A DNA stretch of 64,000 bases from Sedimentisphaeraceae bacterium JB056. Its GTDB lineage: Bacteria; Planctomycetota; Phycisphaerae; Sedimentisphaerales; Sedimentisphaeraceae. Shown here in pieces: positions 37,851 to 48,194 of the stretch (position 1 is the first letter of the stretch; each line of letters opens with the position of its first letter). The stretch is taken from assembly GCA_044440125.1 (NCBI GenBank), contig JBITAJ010000018.1:64001-128000 (forward strand), written 5' to 3'. The position numbers and the translations under genes were made by a program. The notes below the pieces were generated by a model. That model was not told where the DNA came from and did no database searches. It saw nothing but the letters and a program-made list of their open reading frames with translations.

Positions 37851-39881
37851 ATGTTTAAGAAAAATAGCTTATGCGCCTGTATATTTTTATTGCTGCTTTC
37901 GATTCATGTCTATGCTCAGCGAATTATTACAGAATCTTTTGACTACTCCCTTGGTGCCTTGAATTCCTGCAGTGGCGGAAGCGGTTGGAGCGGTAGTTGG
38001 TCTGAGAATGATGCGGATGGTGATGCTACTGTCGTTTCAGGACTTACCTTTACCGATTATCCTGTTTTTGGCAATGCTGCCCAAATACAAATGACTGACA
38101 CCAGCGGCACTTATAAGTCAACAATTGCCGCAAGATATGTTGGGGCAAGCATTCCATCCTGGGCAGATGATTTATGGGTGAGTTTTCTTTACAAACAGCC
38201 CGGTGCACCATTGGCGGCTAATGCCGGAAGGATGGCTGAGATTCGTTGTGAAGATCTGACTTTCAGAATGAGGGCTAAAAACAGTGATTCACAGGGAATT
38301 GCCGTGGGGTATGATAATATTACAACAGCCAATGGATCTGTCAGTATACAGGATGGTGAAACATATATGATTATCACCAAGTTTGAAGATGTTGGACAAT
38401 CCAGCGGCGGCAGTGCAAAGATGTGGGTACTTGATGAAACTGACTATGATAATATAAAGAGCGGCGGAATCACAGAAACCGAACTTGATAACAATAAGGT
38501 TATGTCTGCTGTAGATGCTCACTCTGAGCAGACCTTCGGTACTACTGATCGTATATTGCTGATGGTTTATGATAATTCCGGTACTGATTTTGCTGCGGTA
38601 TTTGATGAGCTGAAATATGGGACATCTCTTGAAGATGTGGCTTTACCTAAAGTTTCCGATGTGCTCGAATATTACAATAGTGATTTCGATCCATGGACAG
38701 CATCAAAGTGGGACAGTTGGTATGAAGATGGTGATATTGTCAGGTCTTTTGATCTTGATACATCGCTTACTTTTGCTACGCGAACAGGTGCGTGGGAAGT
38801 TGATCTTTCCGGTTTGGCAGATATGAAAAGACTTTTTACTATTACCAATAATTCTAATTACGATATAAACGGAAATAACATTACTATTGATGCCAGAAAG
38901 GATTATACCAGAAGCTGGAGTACTTACTATTATTATAATCCGTCCAATGGCGTTAGCACTTCGACAGATTTTGGTGAATGGGTTGGATTCCATATAAGAC
39001 AATCAGGTACAACGATAACTGCCGGAGCCAAGATACGAGATATTACCCTGATGGGATTTCTTAATGGTATCAGTTTTGATCACAGCCACCAGAGAACATT
39101 CACCGTTGATAACTGTACATTTTCCACAAATGTATGGGGTGTATTTCCGCGAGGTGCTAATGTGAGTATTGAGAATTGTACGTTTGCCAATAACTGGCTT
39201 GGCGGAGCTTATTGTGAATACAACTCTCATAATTACACCTTTGATACTTGCTGTTTCTATGATAATAATATAAGAGGTGCTGACAGCTACGCTGACATAG
39301 TAATAGATGCCTGCTATGACTATACTATTACCGGCAACGATTTTGACAGCCCGTCATATTACACGCGTGATTATCAACCTGCGATTTCATTCTATCGCAA
39401 CAGGGGCGAGGGCAGTGATATACGTGAGCATCATGCACATGATGTGACGGTATATGATAATTATATTGAAGGCAGATATCTTGCGGTTGATATCAGTGCA
39501 AGACAAGGCAGTGACAGCTTGAATGATGTTTCTGATGAGGCCAGATGTTATGTGTCCAACAATACTCTGGAAGCGAATTATTTCAAGGATTGCACTATTG
39601 GTGTAAAAATCGCTTCAAATAACAATCTGGTTGATAACAACACCTTTGATAATGTTGAGCGTGAGATAGTTCTCCACTGTGTTTTCTATAGTCTTATTGG
39701 TAATGAGATAAGAAATCAAAGCGGTGATACGGCATGGGTATGGAAAGTTGAATCAGATTATTCAGCAGATTATGGCGACTATCTACCTTATCTGAATGGT
39801 CTTGGCGATAGTATTGGAGAAGAAGAGAAATTCATACATGTCATTGCTTCAACCAATCCGCCGTATTTCATTATGCCGTAA
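37851..39881 (+). CDS. Secreted ConA-like N-domain + right-handed beta-helix protein
   Basis: AAGGAG RBS at ATG 37851 and signal peptide. C-half matches the N-half of 34276 (NVWGVFPRGAN, YCEYNSHN, DNNIRGA, YRNRGE..DIRE). Confidence 0.75.
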   Translation: MFKKNSLCACIFLLLLSIHVYAQRIITESFDYSLGALNSCSGGSGWSGSWSENDADGDATVVSGLTFTDYPVFGNAAQIQMTDTSGTYKSTIAARYVGASIPSWADDLWVSFLYKQPGAPLAANAGRMAEIRCEDLTFRMRAKNSDSQGIAVGYDNITTANGSVSIQDGETYMIITKFEDVGQSSGGSAKMWVLDETDYDNIKSGGITETELDNNKVMSAVDAHSEQTFGTTDRILLMVYDNSGTDFAAVFDELKYGTSLEDVALPKVSDVLEYYNSDFDPWTASKWDSWYEDGDIVRSFDLDTSLTFATRTGAWEVDLSGLADMKRLFTITNNSNYDINGNNITIDARKDYTRSWSTYYYYNPSNGVSTSTDFGEWVGFHIRQSGTTITAGAKIRDITLMGFLNGISFDHSHQRTFTVDNCTFSTNVWGVFPRGANVSIENCTFANNWLGGAYCEYNSHNYTFDTCCFYDNNIRGADSYADIVIDACYDYTITGNDFDSPSYYTRDYQPAISFYRNRGEGSDIREHHAHDVTVYDNYIEGRYLAVDISARQGSDSLNDVSDEARCYVSNNTLEANYFKDCTIGVKIASNNNLVDNNTFDNVEREIVLHCVFYSLIGNEIRNQSGDTAWVWKVESDYSADYGDYLPYLNGLGDSIGEEEKFIHVIASTNPPYFIMP

Positions 39882-39917
39882 TTTGAACAGATTATAAATC
39901 ATATATGGAGAATAATT

Positions 39918-41813
39918 ATGAATAACAAAATATATTTAACGATATTAATTTGTCTATGTGTGTTAGCATCCGGTGTTTTTGCACAGATGCTGCTTGTGGA
40001 ATCTTTCGATTATGAAAGCGGCTATCTTAATTCCTGTAACGGCGGTGCCGGTTGGAATGGTGCATGGGTTGAGAACGACTCCGATGGTGATGCTTATGTT
40101 GTTGATGGACTTACGTTCTCAGACTATTCGGTTTCTGGTAATGCAGCTGAGATACAGATGACTGATACCAGCGGGAGTTTTAAATCAACGATAGCAGCGA
40201 GATATGTGGGAGTGGATTTCCCATCTTCAGCGGATGATCTATGGGTTAGTTTTCTGTATAAACAGCCAGGTGCGCCATTGGCGGCAAACGCCGGAAGAAT
40301 GGCAGAAGTTCGCTGTGAAGACCTGACATTCAGAATGCGTGCCAAAAACAGTGATTCGCAGGGGATAGCAGTTGGTTACGATAATATTACAACTGCAAAT
40401 GGTACCGTGAGTATTCAGGACGGCAATACCTATCTGATAATTACTAAGTTTGAAGATGTGGGTGACGCAAGCGGCGGCAGCGCAAAAATGTGGGTTATAA
40501 ATGAAACTGGCTACGATAATATCAAAAGCGGTGGTATTACAGAGACAGAGCTCGACAACAACAAGGTTATGTCTGCCGTTGATGCTCATTCACAGCAGAT
40601 ATTCGGAACAACCGAACGTGTTCTACTGATGGTTTATGATAATTCCGGTACTGATTTTTCTGGTATTTTTGATGAACTGAAGTATGGTACCACTTTGGCA
40701 GATGTGGCAGAACCCGGTGCAAGGCTTCTGATTGCTGATAATTTGCTAATAGACGGTAGTTTCGATGATGTTTACAGCAGTGGTTGCACTCCGATAGATA
40801 TAGCTGTTGGTGATTTTGCTACAAGTGTTCCCGGTGATGAATTTGCCGTGATATGGGATGAACCTGTTTCAAATATTGATGGTACTGATTATTATTCTAT
40901 CATTATTTATGATCAGGATGGTTTAGAGCTGGATCGTTGCGGACGCAGCAGTGATAAATGGCTTAAAATAACAGCGGGTAACTTTGTTTCTGATACCGGA
41001 TATATACTCATAAATGATAATTATGAAATAGCGGCTACTAAATATAACTCAGGTTACTACCCTATCTATATATTCAGGAAAGGGTTTAAGGATCCGGCGG
41101 TTACGCTTCAGTCAACAAATACAACCCAGTGGTCTGATATTACGGCAGGTAACTTCAAGACCGATGGTGATGATTATGATGAGGTTGCCGGTATAAAAAC
41201 AGGTTCAACTACTATAAATTATTACAAACCTACTGATACATCATGGTCTGATTCGACTACTTCTGTAGCGGTAGATACTTTTGCTATTGCCGGCGGCGAT
41301 TTTGATACGAATGCTTCGGGTGATGAGGTTGCCGGTATATCCAACACTCCGGTTAGTGGTAAAAGACCTGTCAGGCTTTATAAAGTTTCTGGTTCGGGAT
41401 ATTACAGTTCTGCCGCGACAAATCAGGATTATACTATAGCGGATATCGCCGCCGGTGATCTTGATTACAGCAGCGATGGCGATGAAATAGCTCTTGCAGG
41501 ATACTGGTATTATCATGTAAGTTTCTTTGCTCCGGGCAGTTCAGATTATTTTAAAACGTATGACAGCAGTATATTAGGAGTGAGGGCAAACGCAATTGAT
41601 GTTGGCAATCTTGTTGTTGATACTGCATTGACTGATTATGATAATGTGGAAAATTTTACATCCACAGACTACGGCAGTGAGATTGCTTCATGGGGTGAGC
41701 ATGTATTATTCCTGCCAAGTGCGGCTCAAACTACGAATATTCCTGTTTTCTGGATCAATACAAAGGAGAGTATGTCATATCGTCACTCAAAAACCGTGCC
41801 GATTGTTAGATAG
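39918..41813 (+). CDS. Secreted ConA-like N-domain + FG-GAP-like propeller protein
   Basis: N-domain is nearly identical to that of 37851. C-half matches the C-half of 34276 (YYSIIIYD..GLELDRCGRS, C-terminal H..TVP..R). Confidence 0.75.
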   Translation: MNNKIYLTILICLCVLASGVFAQMLLVESFDYESGYLNSCNGGAGWNGAWVENDSDGDAYVVDGLTFSDYSVSGNAAEIQMTDTSGSFKSTIAARYVGVDFPSSADDLWVSFLYKQPGAPLAANAGRMAEVRCEDLTFRMRAKNSDSQGIAVGYDNITTANGTVSIQDGNTYLIITKFEDVGDASGGSAKMWVINETGYDNIKSGGITETELDNNKVMSAVDAHSQQIFGTTERVLLMVYDNSGTDFSGIFDELKYGTTLADVAEPGARLLIADNLLIDGSFDDVYSSGCTPIDIAVGDFATSVPGDEFAVIWDEPVSNIDGTDYYSIIIYDQDGLELDRCGRSSDKWLKITAGNFVSDTGYILINDNYEIAATKYNSGYYPIYIFRKGFKDPAVTLQSTNTTQWSDITAGNFKTDGDDYDEVAGIKTGSTTINYYKPTDTSWSDSTTSVAVDTFAIAGGDFDTNASGDEVAGISNTPVSGKRPVRLYKVSGSGYYSSAATNQDYTIADIAAGDLDYSSDGDEIALAGYWYYHVSFFAPGSSDYFKTYDSSILGVRANAIDVGNLVVDTALTDYDNVENFTSTDYGSEIASWGEHVLFLPSAAQTTNIPVFWINTKESMSYRHSKTVPIVR

Positions 41814-41836
41814 TCTAACATAAATATGCATTATAT

Positions 41837-41875
41837 CAGGCCTTATTTGATTGTTTCATTTAAGGCCTGTTTTTT
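41837..41875 (+). terminator. Intrinsic terminator ending the glycan island
   Basis: CAGGCCTTA...TAAGGCCTG followed by TTTTTT. Confidence 0.7.
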
Positions 41876-41964
41876 GTTAGGTCTTGTATTTTGTCTCTTA
41901 GATGTTATACTCTTTACCCTATTTATAGAAATATGTTTTATGAAATTCAGAATATATTGGGTGA

Positions 41965-42741
41965 ATGATGAGATTGAAGATTTTTGTTACTGTAATATCA
42001 ATAATAGCTGTTGCTCTGTGTGGTTGTGGACAAAAGCGTGAGATAAATATAACAAAAAGCAAATGTTATATGAACTATGACCGTGATGTATGCGGCCGAA
42101 GTGTTCAGGGTAGGGATATACATTCTTATGTATTTGGTTCTGGCCATCAGTCTATTTTATATATTGCATCGATTCACGGCACAGAGAGAGCCGGTACTCC
42201 TTTGATGGAGAAGTTCATTGAGTATCTGAGTCGTAATGCTGGCTGCGAACTTACACCTAACCAGAAAGTAATTGTAGTTCCCAAAATTAATCCTGATGGT
42301 TTTGATGCTAAAACACGCCATAATGCCAATAATATTGATTTAAATCGCAATTTCTCCGCTGAGAATAGGGAAAACAATCCAATTAATGGTCTTTGGGCGT
42401 TCTCTGAACCGGAGTCGAGAGCTATTGCTAATCTTATAGATATTTATAGACCGCAGGTTATACTTGTTTTCCATGAAGCGTTGAACTGCATTGACTATGA
42501 TGGTCCGGCAAAAGAATATGCCGAATATCTTGGTTTGCATACGGATATTCCTGTAAAAAAATTAGGCGCCAGACCGGGTTCACTTGGAGCATATGCGGGA
42601 GAAACGCTTGGTATAAAGACCATAACAGTTGAATTTCCTCCTGAAGTTCGTGGAAAAGATGGCGAATATATGTGGCAGAAGTATAATGATCTTGTTATAT
42701 CTGCCCTTGATCTTACTTCTGCTCAGTCACATATCAGATAG
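41965..42741 (+). CDS. M14 zinc carboxypeptidase, murein peptide amidase A (MpaA)-like, with lipoprotein signal
   Basis: GRSVQGR, IHGTE (HxxE), NPDG...RHNANNIDLNRNF, SEPES, FHE, PGSLG, ITVE. Lipobox-like ALCGC. Confidence 0.8.
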   Translation: MMRLKIFVTVISIIAVALCGCGQKREINITKSKCYMNYDRDVCGRSVQGRDIHSYVFGSGHQSILYIASIHGTERAGTPLMEKFIEYLSRNAGCELTPNQKVIVVPKINPDGFDAKTRHNANNIDLNRNFSAENRENNPINGLWAFSEPESRAIANLIDIYRPQVILVFHEALNCIDYDGPAKEYAEYLGLHTDIPVKKLGARPGSLGAYAGETLGIKTITVEFPPEVRGKDGEYMWQKYNDLVISALDLTSAQSHIR

Positions 42742-42745
42742 GTTG

Positions 42746-43810
42746 TCATAAGGAATTGAGAAGTTTTACTATTTGCTGTGGTGTCATTTCGTTCATAGCT
42801 GCCCCCATTTTTATCGCTGCTTCGGGCATGCCGTAAACGATGCATGATTCTTTGTTTTGTACAATAGTCTGAGCACCTGAATCTTTTAGAAGTTTAAGAC
42901 CTTCTGCTCCATCATTTCCCATTCCTGTCATCAGTATGGCTATTACATTTTTGCCGTAGTTTTTCTGTAGAGACATGAAAAAGTGATCAACAGATGGGGT
43001 CGGTTTGATGGGGTTTGAAATTGGTACAATACTGAATGATTCATCAGTATTAACAATTGTATTGCTTCCTCCGGGTGCGACATAAACATTGCCGCCTGAT
43101 ATCTTCATGCCGGTTTTAATTTTATGAACAGGCAGAATGCTTTGGCTTGACAGCCAGGAGACCATTGAGTCTGTGAAGTCCTTGGAAATATGCTGTATGA
43201 GGCATATAGGATGACTGAATTCTTTCTTTATTTCACTAAGAATGGCGCCAATTAGTGGCGGACCACCGGTTGAAACACCTATAGCTACGACTGTTTGTTT
43301 TTTCTTTTGGTTTGTTAAAGAAGCAATTTTTTCAATTTCAGCCAAGTTTTCTGTATTGCTGTTATTGTTTTTGATATTTTTGAAAAACCTGTTCATCCTT
43401 CTTGTTACCACCTTGACTTCTGACATGCAGATGATGGTATCAATAAGATTTTTTTTCTGTTTTTCATATTCTAATGACTGTGGATTTATATTCTCAATTG
43501 CGGCAAGAGCTCCTGATGCAATCGCTTTATTTTCTATTTGAGTATCTGATAAATCTGATACCATAACGATTGGGGTTGCCAATGTTTCAAGTATATGGGC
43601 AGTAGCCTGATAGCCATCCATATCAGATAATTCTGGGCCCATAATTATTATATCTGCGCATAGAGCTTTCGTTTGTGCTGCAGCATCTTTACCTTTTCTA
43701 AACTCGCTTACAACTGTCATTAAATCTGATTCTTCAAGAATGCTTCTGTATCGAAGCCTTCTTTCCTGTGAACCATCTACTATAATTACACGTATTTTTT
43801 TGTTTGCCAT
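42746..43810 (-). CDS. cheB: Chemotaxis methylesterase CheB (WspF-like) with degenerate receiver domain
   Basis: GVSTGG (Ser), IQHI (His), PSVD, TGMGNDG (Asp), VYGMP. Confidence 0.92.
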   Translation of the reverse strand: MANKKIRVIIVDGSQERRLRYRSILEESDLMTVVSEFRKGKDAAAQTKALCADIIIMGPELSDMDGYQATAHILETLATPIVMVSDLSDTQIENKAIASGALAAIENINPQSLEYEKQKKNLIDTIICMSEVKVVTRRMNRFFKNIKNNNSNTENLAEIEKIASLTNQKKKQTVVAIGVSTGGPPLIGAILSEIKKEFSHPICLIQHISKDFTDSMVSWLSSQSILPVHKIKTGMKISGGNVYVAPGGSNTIVNTDESFSIVPISNPIKPTPSVDHFFMSLQKNYGKNVIAILMTGMGNDGAEGLKLLKDSGAQTIVQNKESCIVYGMPEAAIKMGAAMNEMTPQQIVKLLNSL

Positions 43811-43821
43811 AATCAATGTTG

Positions 43822-46185
43822 CTAAATAAGTCGGTTTACTGTTTCAAGTAGATTATTTTGGTCAAAATTACCTTTTGTTATATATGCATTGGCACCGGCA
43901 TCTATGCCTTTTTCCATATCTTCACGCTTGCTAAGTGTTGTGCATAATATTACAGGTATATCGTCGAATTTTTTATGCTTTCTGATTTTCTTTGTGAGCT
44001 CAAATCCGGACAGCCTTGGCATCTCAATGTCGCTGACAACCAGGGAAAAATCGCCTTCATTAAGCATTTCGTATCCTTGTTGGCCGTCAACAGCGGAACT
44101 GACATTAAAGCCCGCTGCTTCGAGAATATTAACTATAAGCATCCTTGTGGTTATAGAATCTTCCACAACGAGTACACTTTTTCTGTCATCTGAGACTTTG
44201 TTATTGATATTTATAGTACTTTGGCTTTCGAGTACGTCTTTGATGATGTCTCTTGTATTTAGAACTGGCACTATTTGAGATGTTCCTATTATTGCAGCTC
44301 CCGAAACATTTCGGACCTTTCTTAATACAGAACCTAATGTTTTGACTGTCATTTCCATTTGTGCAATTATTTTATCAACGGTTATAACAGCTTGGTTGCC
44401 GCCATTACTCAATATCAGTCCACAAAGAGGCTTATCTTCAATAGGTTTTTTTGTTTTGTTTAGCATTGACTCAAGACTTACAACGGGTATGGTCTTGCTG
44501 TTATGCAGCCATGTGGAGTGGCCGTTGAGAGAGCTTATATCCGATGGTGCTATCAGGCAAACATGTTTTATGAATGTTATAGGTATTGCATATTGTCTGG
44601 AATCTGATTCAACCAGTACCCCTTTGAAAGATGACATTGAAATGGGGATCTCAATTATAAAGGAGCTTCCTTCGCCAGGTCTGTTTTCTATCCTGATAGT
44701 ACCGCCGATATTTTCAACCGTATCTCTGACTATGCTCATCCCAAGACCGCGTCCGGAGATTGATGTGATGATTTTACTTGTAGAAAAGCCCGATTGGAAT
44801 ATGCTGGTTAAAACTTCCTGATCGCTTATCTGGTTTGCTTGTTCTGCAGACAAGTTCTTTTTTTCGACAAGTTTTCGCCTGATTTTGTCAGCATCGATTC
44901 CGCTTCCATTGTCAGATACGATAATCTCAACTTTCTTTCCCGTTGACAAGGAAGCTGATAGTTTTATGGTACCTTTTAATGGTTTCCCCAACCCTTTTCG
45001 TTTATATGGCGTTTCGATTCCGTGGTCTGCAGCGTTTCTAAGTAGATGGATTAGTGGATAGTTGAGTTCTTCCAGTATTCTGCGGTCAATCTCTATATCA
45101 GCACCTTCTATTATAAACTCAAAATCCTTGCCTGTTTCTCTTGCTACATCACGCATCATTCTTGGATATACATTTACAACGGAAGAGAAAGGTTGAAGGG
45201 CAATATCGCGTACGTTCTCGAGATTCTCATTTATAAGTCTATGAATATCATAGTTATTTGTGACAGACCTTTTTTTATGAGTTAAAACTTGATAATCAAG
45301 ATATTTTATTCGTTGAGTAACTTCATCGCAGAGATCTTTTAATATCATAATGCGTTCGTCAATATCCTCTTGATTGCTGTCATAGCCATCAAGGCGTTTT
45401 ATTACCGAGTATAGGTAATTAAGCTTATCTGATAGGGGTTTGCTTAATTTGATAGCTGCATTTATCTCATCACTGAGGGTATCAAGAGACTTTGTATGTT
45501 CATTAAGTATTGATCTTACAGATGAACTCTCTTCTATACTGAACATCAGATTATCAAGTTTTTCACTGCTTATTCTGACAGACGATTGTTTTTTGATATT
45601 CTTCTTGTCTTTAATTTGAGGTTGTTGCTTCACTGCGTCAGTTGGTTCTTCTGCAGTGATTTCTTTCTCCGAATTTAAATTATTTTTTTCAACAGTATCT
45701 GGTTCTGAAGTAATTTCATTGCTTATTGTCTCTGCTGTCCGATGCTCTGCCTTTATTTCTTTTTGGGGCTTAGATGATGCCTCTTTTTTATTATCAAGGT
45801 GTTCGTTTATCTTCTCGCGTATATCATCTATTTTGTCGGCTTTGCCAATATTGTCGGTATCTTCAATATAATCGTTGACAAGATCAAAACCCTTTTGGAA
45901 TATATCTGCGATATCGCTGTCAAAATTTAACTTTTTATTTTTTAACATTTCAAACACTTCTTCGACTGATTGGAAGAAATATTCAATTGTTTGCAAACTG
46001 ACTGATCTTGAAGCTCCCTTAAGGCTGTGAGCATCTCGAAACAATACTTCAAGGACGCTTTCGACATCTCTTTCTGTATCAGGTTGTTCTAACTTAAGAA
46101 GTTCATTCCCCATTGATCGAAGGCGTTCCTCGGCTTCAAGCCGAAAAGCGTCTCTTAGTTTGTTCAGGAGTTCCTTGTTTTCCAT
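43822..46185 (-). CDS. cheA: Hybrid CheA (Hpt-HATPase-CheW-REC), WspE-like
   Basis: FRDAHSLKGA, HLLRNAADHGIE, DNGSGID, GFST...SGRGLGM, and C-terminal REC (VEDS...SDIEMP...YITK). Confidence 0.93.
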   Translation of the reverse strand: MENKELLNKLRDAFRLEAEERLRSMGNELLKLEQPDTERDVESVLEVLFRDAHSLKGASRSVSLQTIEYFFQSVEEVFEMLKNKKLNFDSDIADIFQKGFDLVNDYIEDTDNIGKADKIDDIREKINEHLDNKKEASSKPQKEIKAEHRTAETISNEITSEPDTVEKNNLNSEKEITAEEPTDAVKQQPQIKDKKNIKKQSSVRISSEKLDNLMFSIEESSSVRSILNEHTKSLDTLSDEINAAIKLSKPLSDKLNYLYSVIKRLDGYDSNQEDIDERIMILKDLCDEVTQRIKYLDYQVLTHKKRSVTNNYDIHRLINENLENVRDIALQPFSSVVNVYPRMMRDVARETGKDFEFIIEGADIEIDRRILEELNYPLIHLLRNAADHGIETPYKRKGLGKPLKGTIKLSASLSTGKKVEIIVSDNGSGIDADKIRRKLVEKKNLSAEQANQISDQEVLTSIFQSGFSTSKIITSISGRGLGMSIVRDTVENIGGTIRIENRPGEGSSFIIEIPISMSSFKGVLVESDSRQYAIPITFIKHVCLIAPSDISSLNGHSTWLHNSKTIPVVSLESMLNKTKKPIEDKPLCGLILSNGGNQAVITVDKIIAQMEMTVKTLGSVLRKVRNVSGAAIIGTSQIVPVLNTRDIIKDVLESQSTININNKVSDDRKSVLVVEDSITTRMLIVNILEAAGFNVSSAVDGQQGYEMLNEGDFSLVVSDIEMPRLSGFELTKKIRKHKKFDDIPVILCTTLSKREDMEKGIDAGANAYITKGNFDQNNLLETVNRLI

Positions 46186-46228
46186 TTTAAGAATTCACAA
46201 ATGACAATAAGACTAAATTTAGTTAATA

Positions 46229-48160
46229 TTAAACTTTGAATTCAGATGTAAGGGTCTTGACTTTTTCGCCAAGTCCACGTATGGAAGTAGCGGCTTCTTC
46301 AAGTTGCATAATGCCTTCAAGGTTTTGATCTGTCGCTTCTTTGATATTTTGAAGTGCTACAGAAAGTTGCTCGATTCCTACTAACTGCTGCTTGCTTGAA
46401 GCTGATATTTGAGATGCCGCTCTTGCTGATTCGCTTATATTCTGTTCAAGGGTTCTTATGGCCGATCCTGTGGACTGTGAAAGTTCTACGCCGCTGTCAA
46501 CGGCCTTAGCGCCTCTTTCGGTAGCCATAACAGCGTCAGCTGTTGCCTTTTGTATTTCATCAAGTATTTGGCGGACTTGTTTTGTTGATCCTTTTGATTG
46601 TTCGGCAAGTGATTTGACTTCCTGTGCAACAACAGAGAAGCCTTTGCCGAATTCACCGGCTTTTGCTGCTTCAATAGCTGCGTTAACCGAAAGAAGATTG
46701 GATTGTTCTGCAATATTACTGACGGCATCAATTATCTCTGCTATGCTTTGTGACTGATTACTGAGTTTGACTATCGAATCTGCCAATATCGTCATTTCTT
46801 CTTTGATATTGCTTATTCCTTCAATAGTTTTCATTGTAGAAGAGAAACCTTCTTTTGAGATACTGTCAACTTGTTTAGATTTATCGGCAACGTCAATTGC
46901 TTTGTCAGACGCGACCTGTGATGTTTGCTTAACCTCTTCCATTGTTGTTGATATCTCACTTATTGCGGAAGATGTTTCGGTGGAATTTGTTGAAAGTTGA
47001 GATATTGTTGCCGATATCTGAGCCAGAGCACTTGATAGCTCCAGTGATGTCTTTTGCTGTGTCGTTACCTGTATCCTGAAGCTGTCAAGCATATCGTTAA
47101 ATGCTTGCATGAGCTTGCCTATTTCATTCTTGTGAGATATGTCTATTTTTTCAACAGTAAGGTCACCTTGTGACATTATCTGGAATTTTTCAGTAAGCTC
47201 AACTATTGGTTTTGCAAAGCTGTTGGAAATCACTATGGCTGCGATTATTGCAATGATACACATAAATAAGCCTACTTTGAGATTTTTTAATATTATTGCA
47301 TTAATCTCGGCATTTATTTTTTCTTTATCAAATTCTGCAATCATAAACCAGCTTAATCCGAGTGGCTTTCCAAAATCCAAATGTATATAGAATTTGTTGT
47401 TGAGCTCTACAGTGTCAACAGAGGAAGATTCCATCTCATTTAGAACATTGCCTATAAGATCATTTGAGGCTTTTTTATAGGTAGATGCTATTACAGTATT
47501 AGTGTTATCTATAATATATATTTTTTCTTCTAATGTCTCACTTAATCCTTCTGTGATAATATGATTGACAAGATGATTGTTAATTGCAATCAAGAGTACA
47601 TTGCTGTTGCTCTTAAGCCCATTGCAAGGGGACGCAAGATACATGCACTTATCTTTAATTAAATCAGTGCTCACAAAGTTCGTATATTCAGTTTTGTTGC
47701 TTTTTAACGTTTTTTTACATGCTTCTTCAATTTCCGGTATGTTGAGTAGTGACGTTACTTCTGATTTTTTGAGCCCATACATGTAGGACGCTTCTTTAGT
47801 TGATGTATCAACTATAGACATTGCTGTAAAGTTTAAAGTAGAAGCAACTTTGGTCAAAAAAACATTTGCTGATGTTTTTAATGCATCCTTTTCGCTCTGG
47901 GTGGTAGTGTTTTGCATATGGTCGAGAAAGTTGTTTTGAGTCCAGCTTATTAAGCTGGCATCCTTGCTCAGGTCTGTCAGCGTTTCTATTATCTCATCGG
48001 TTTTTATGTCCAATTCCGATTTTAATTTGTTTTCTACGTCTGCTTTAAGAGCTTTGCTAAGTTCAAGCGTATTTATAATAGTGGTTGTTGCCATTGGTAT
48101 TATAGCGACAAGTAAAAGTATCAATATTAATCTGTTTCGTATTTTTTGGTTAAATTGCAT
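46229..48160 (-). CDS. Methyl-accepting chemotaxis protein (2 TM, periplasmic sensor, HAMP, MA domain), WspA-like
   Basis: [37 protein letters not shown] and HAMP motif GDL...NEIGKL. Confidence 0.93.
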   Translation of the reverse strand: MQFNQKIRNRLILILLLVAIIPMATTTIINTLELSKALKADVENKLKSELDIKTDEIIETLTDLSKDASLISWTQNNFLDHMQNTTTQSEKDALKTSANVFLTKVASTLNFTAMSIVDTSTKEASYMYGLKKSEVTSLLNIPEIEEACKKTLKSNKTEYTNFVSTDLIKDKCMYLASPCNGLKSNSNVLLIAINNHLVNHIITEGLSETLEEKIYIIDNTNTVIASTYKKASNDLIGNVLNEMESSSVDTVELNNKFYIHLDFGKPLGLSWFMIAEFDKEKINAEINAIILKNLKVGLFMCIIAIIAAIVISNSFAKPIVELTEKFQIMSQGDLTVEKIDISHKNEIGKLMQAFNDMLDSFRIQVTTQQKTSLELSSALAQISATISQLSTNSTETSSAISEISTTMEEVKQTSQVASDKAIDVADKSKQVDSISKEGFSSTMKTIEGISNIKEEMTILADSIVKLSNQSQSIAEIIDAVSNIAEQSNLLSVNAAIEAAKAGEFGKGFSVVAQEVKSLAEQSKGSTKQVRQILDEIQKATADAVMATERGAKAVDSGVELSQSTGSAIRTLEQNISESARAASQISASSKQQLVGIEQLSVALQNIKEATDQNLEGIMQLEEAATSIRGLGEKVKTLTSEFKV

Positions 48161-48194
48161 GCTAAAACTCCATATGCTATTAATGTTTTCTAAT

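Noticed and set aside
3330..41813. Repeated DNA segments considered as CRISPR, IS ends or DGR template/variable repeats
   Set aside because: All lie within paralogous coding domains, with mostly synonymous differences not restricted to adenines. No cas, transposase or reverse transcriptase gene is present.
41826..42041. 71-aa hydrophobic ORF that could be a small membrane protein or toxin
   Set aside because: It runs through the terminator hairpin, overlaps the MpaA-like start and has no RBS.
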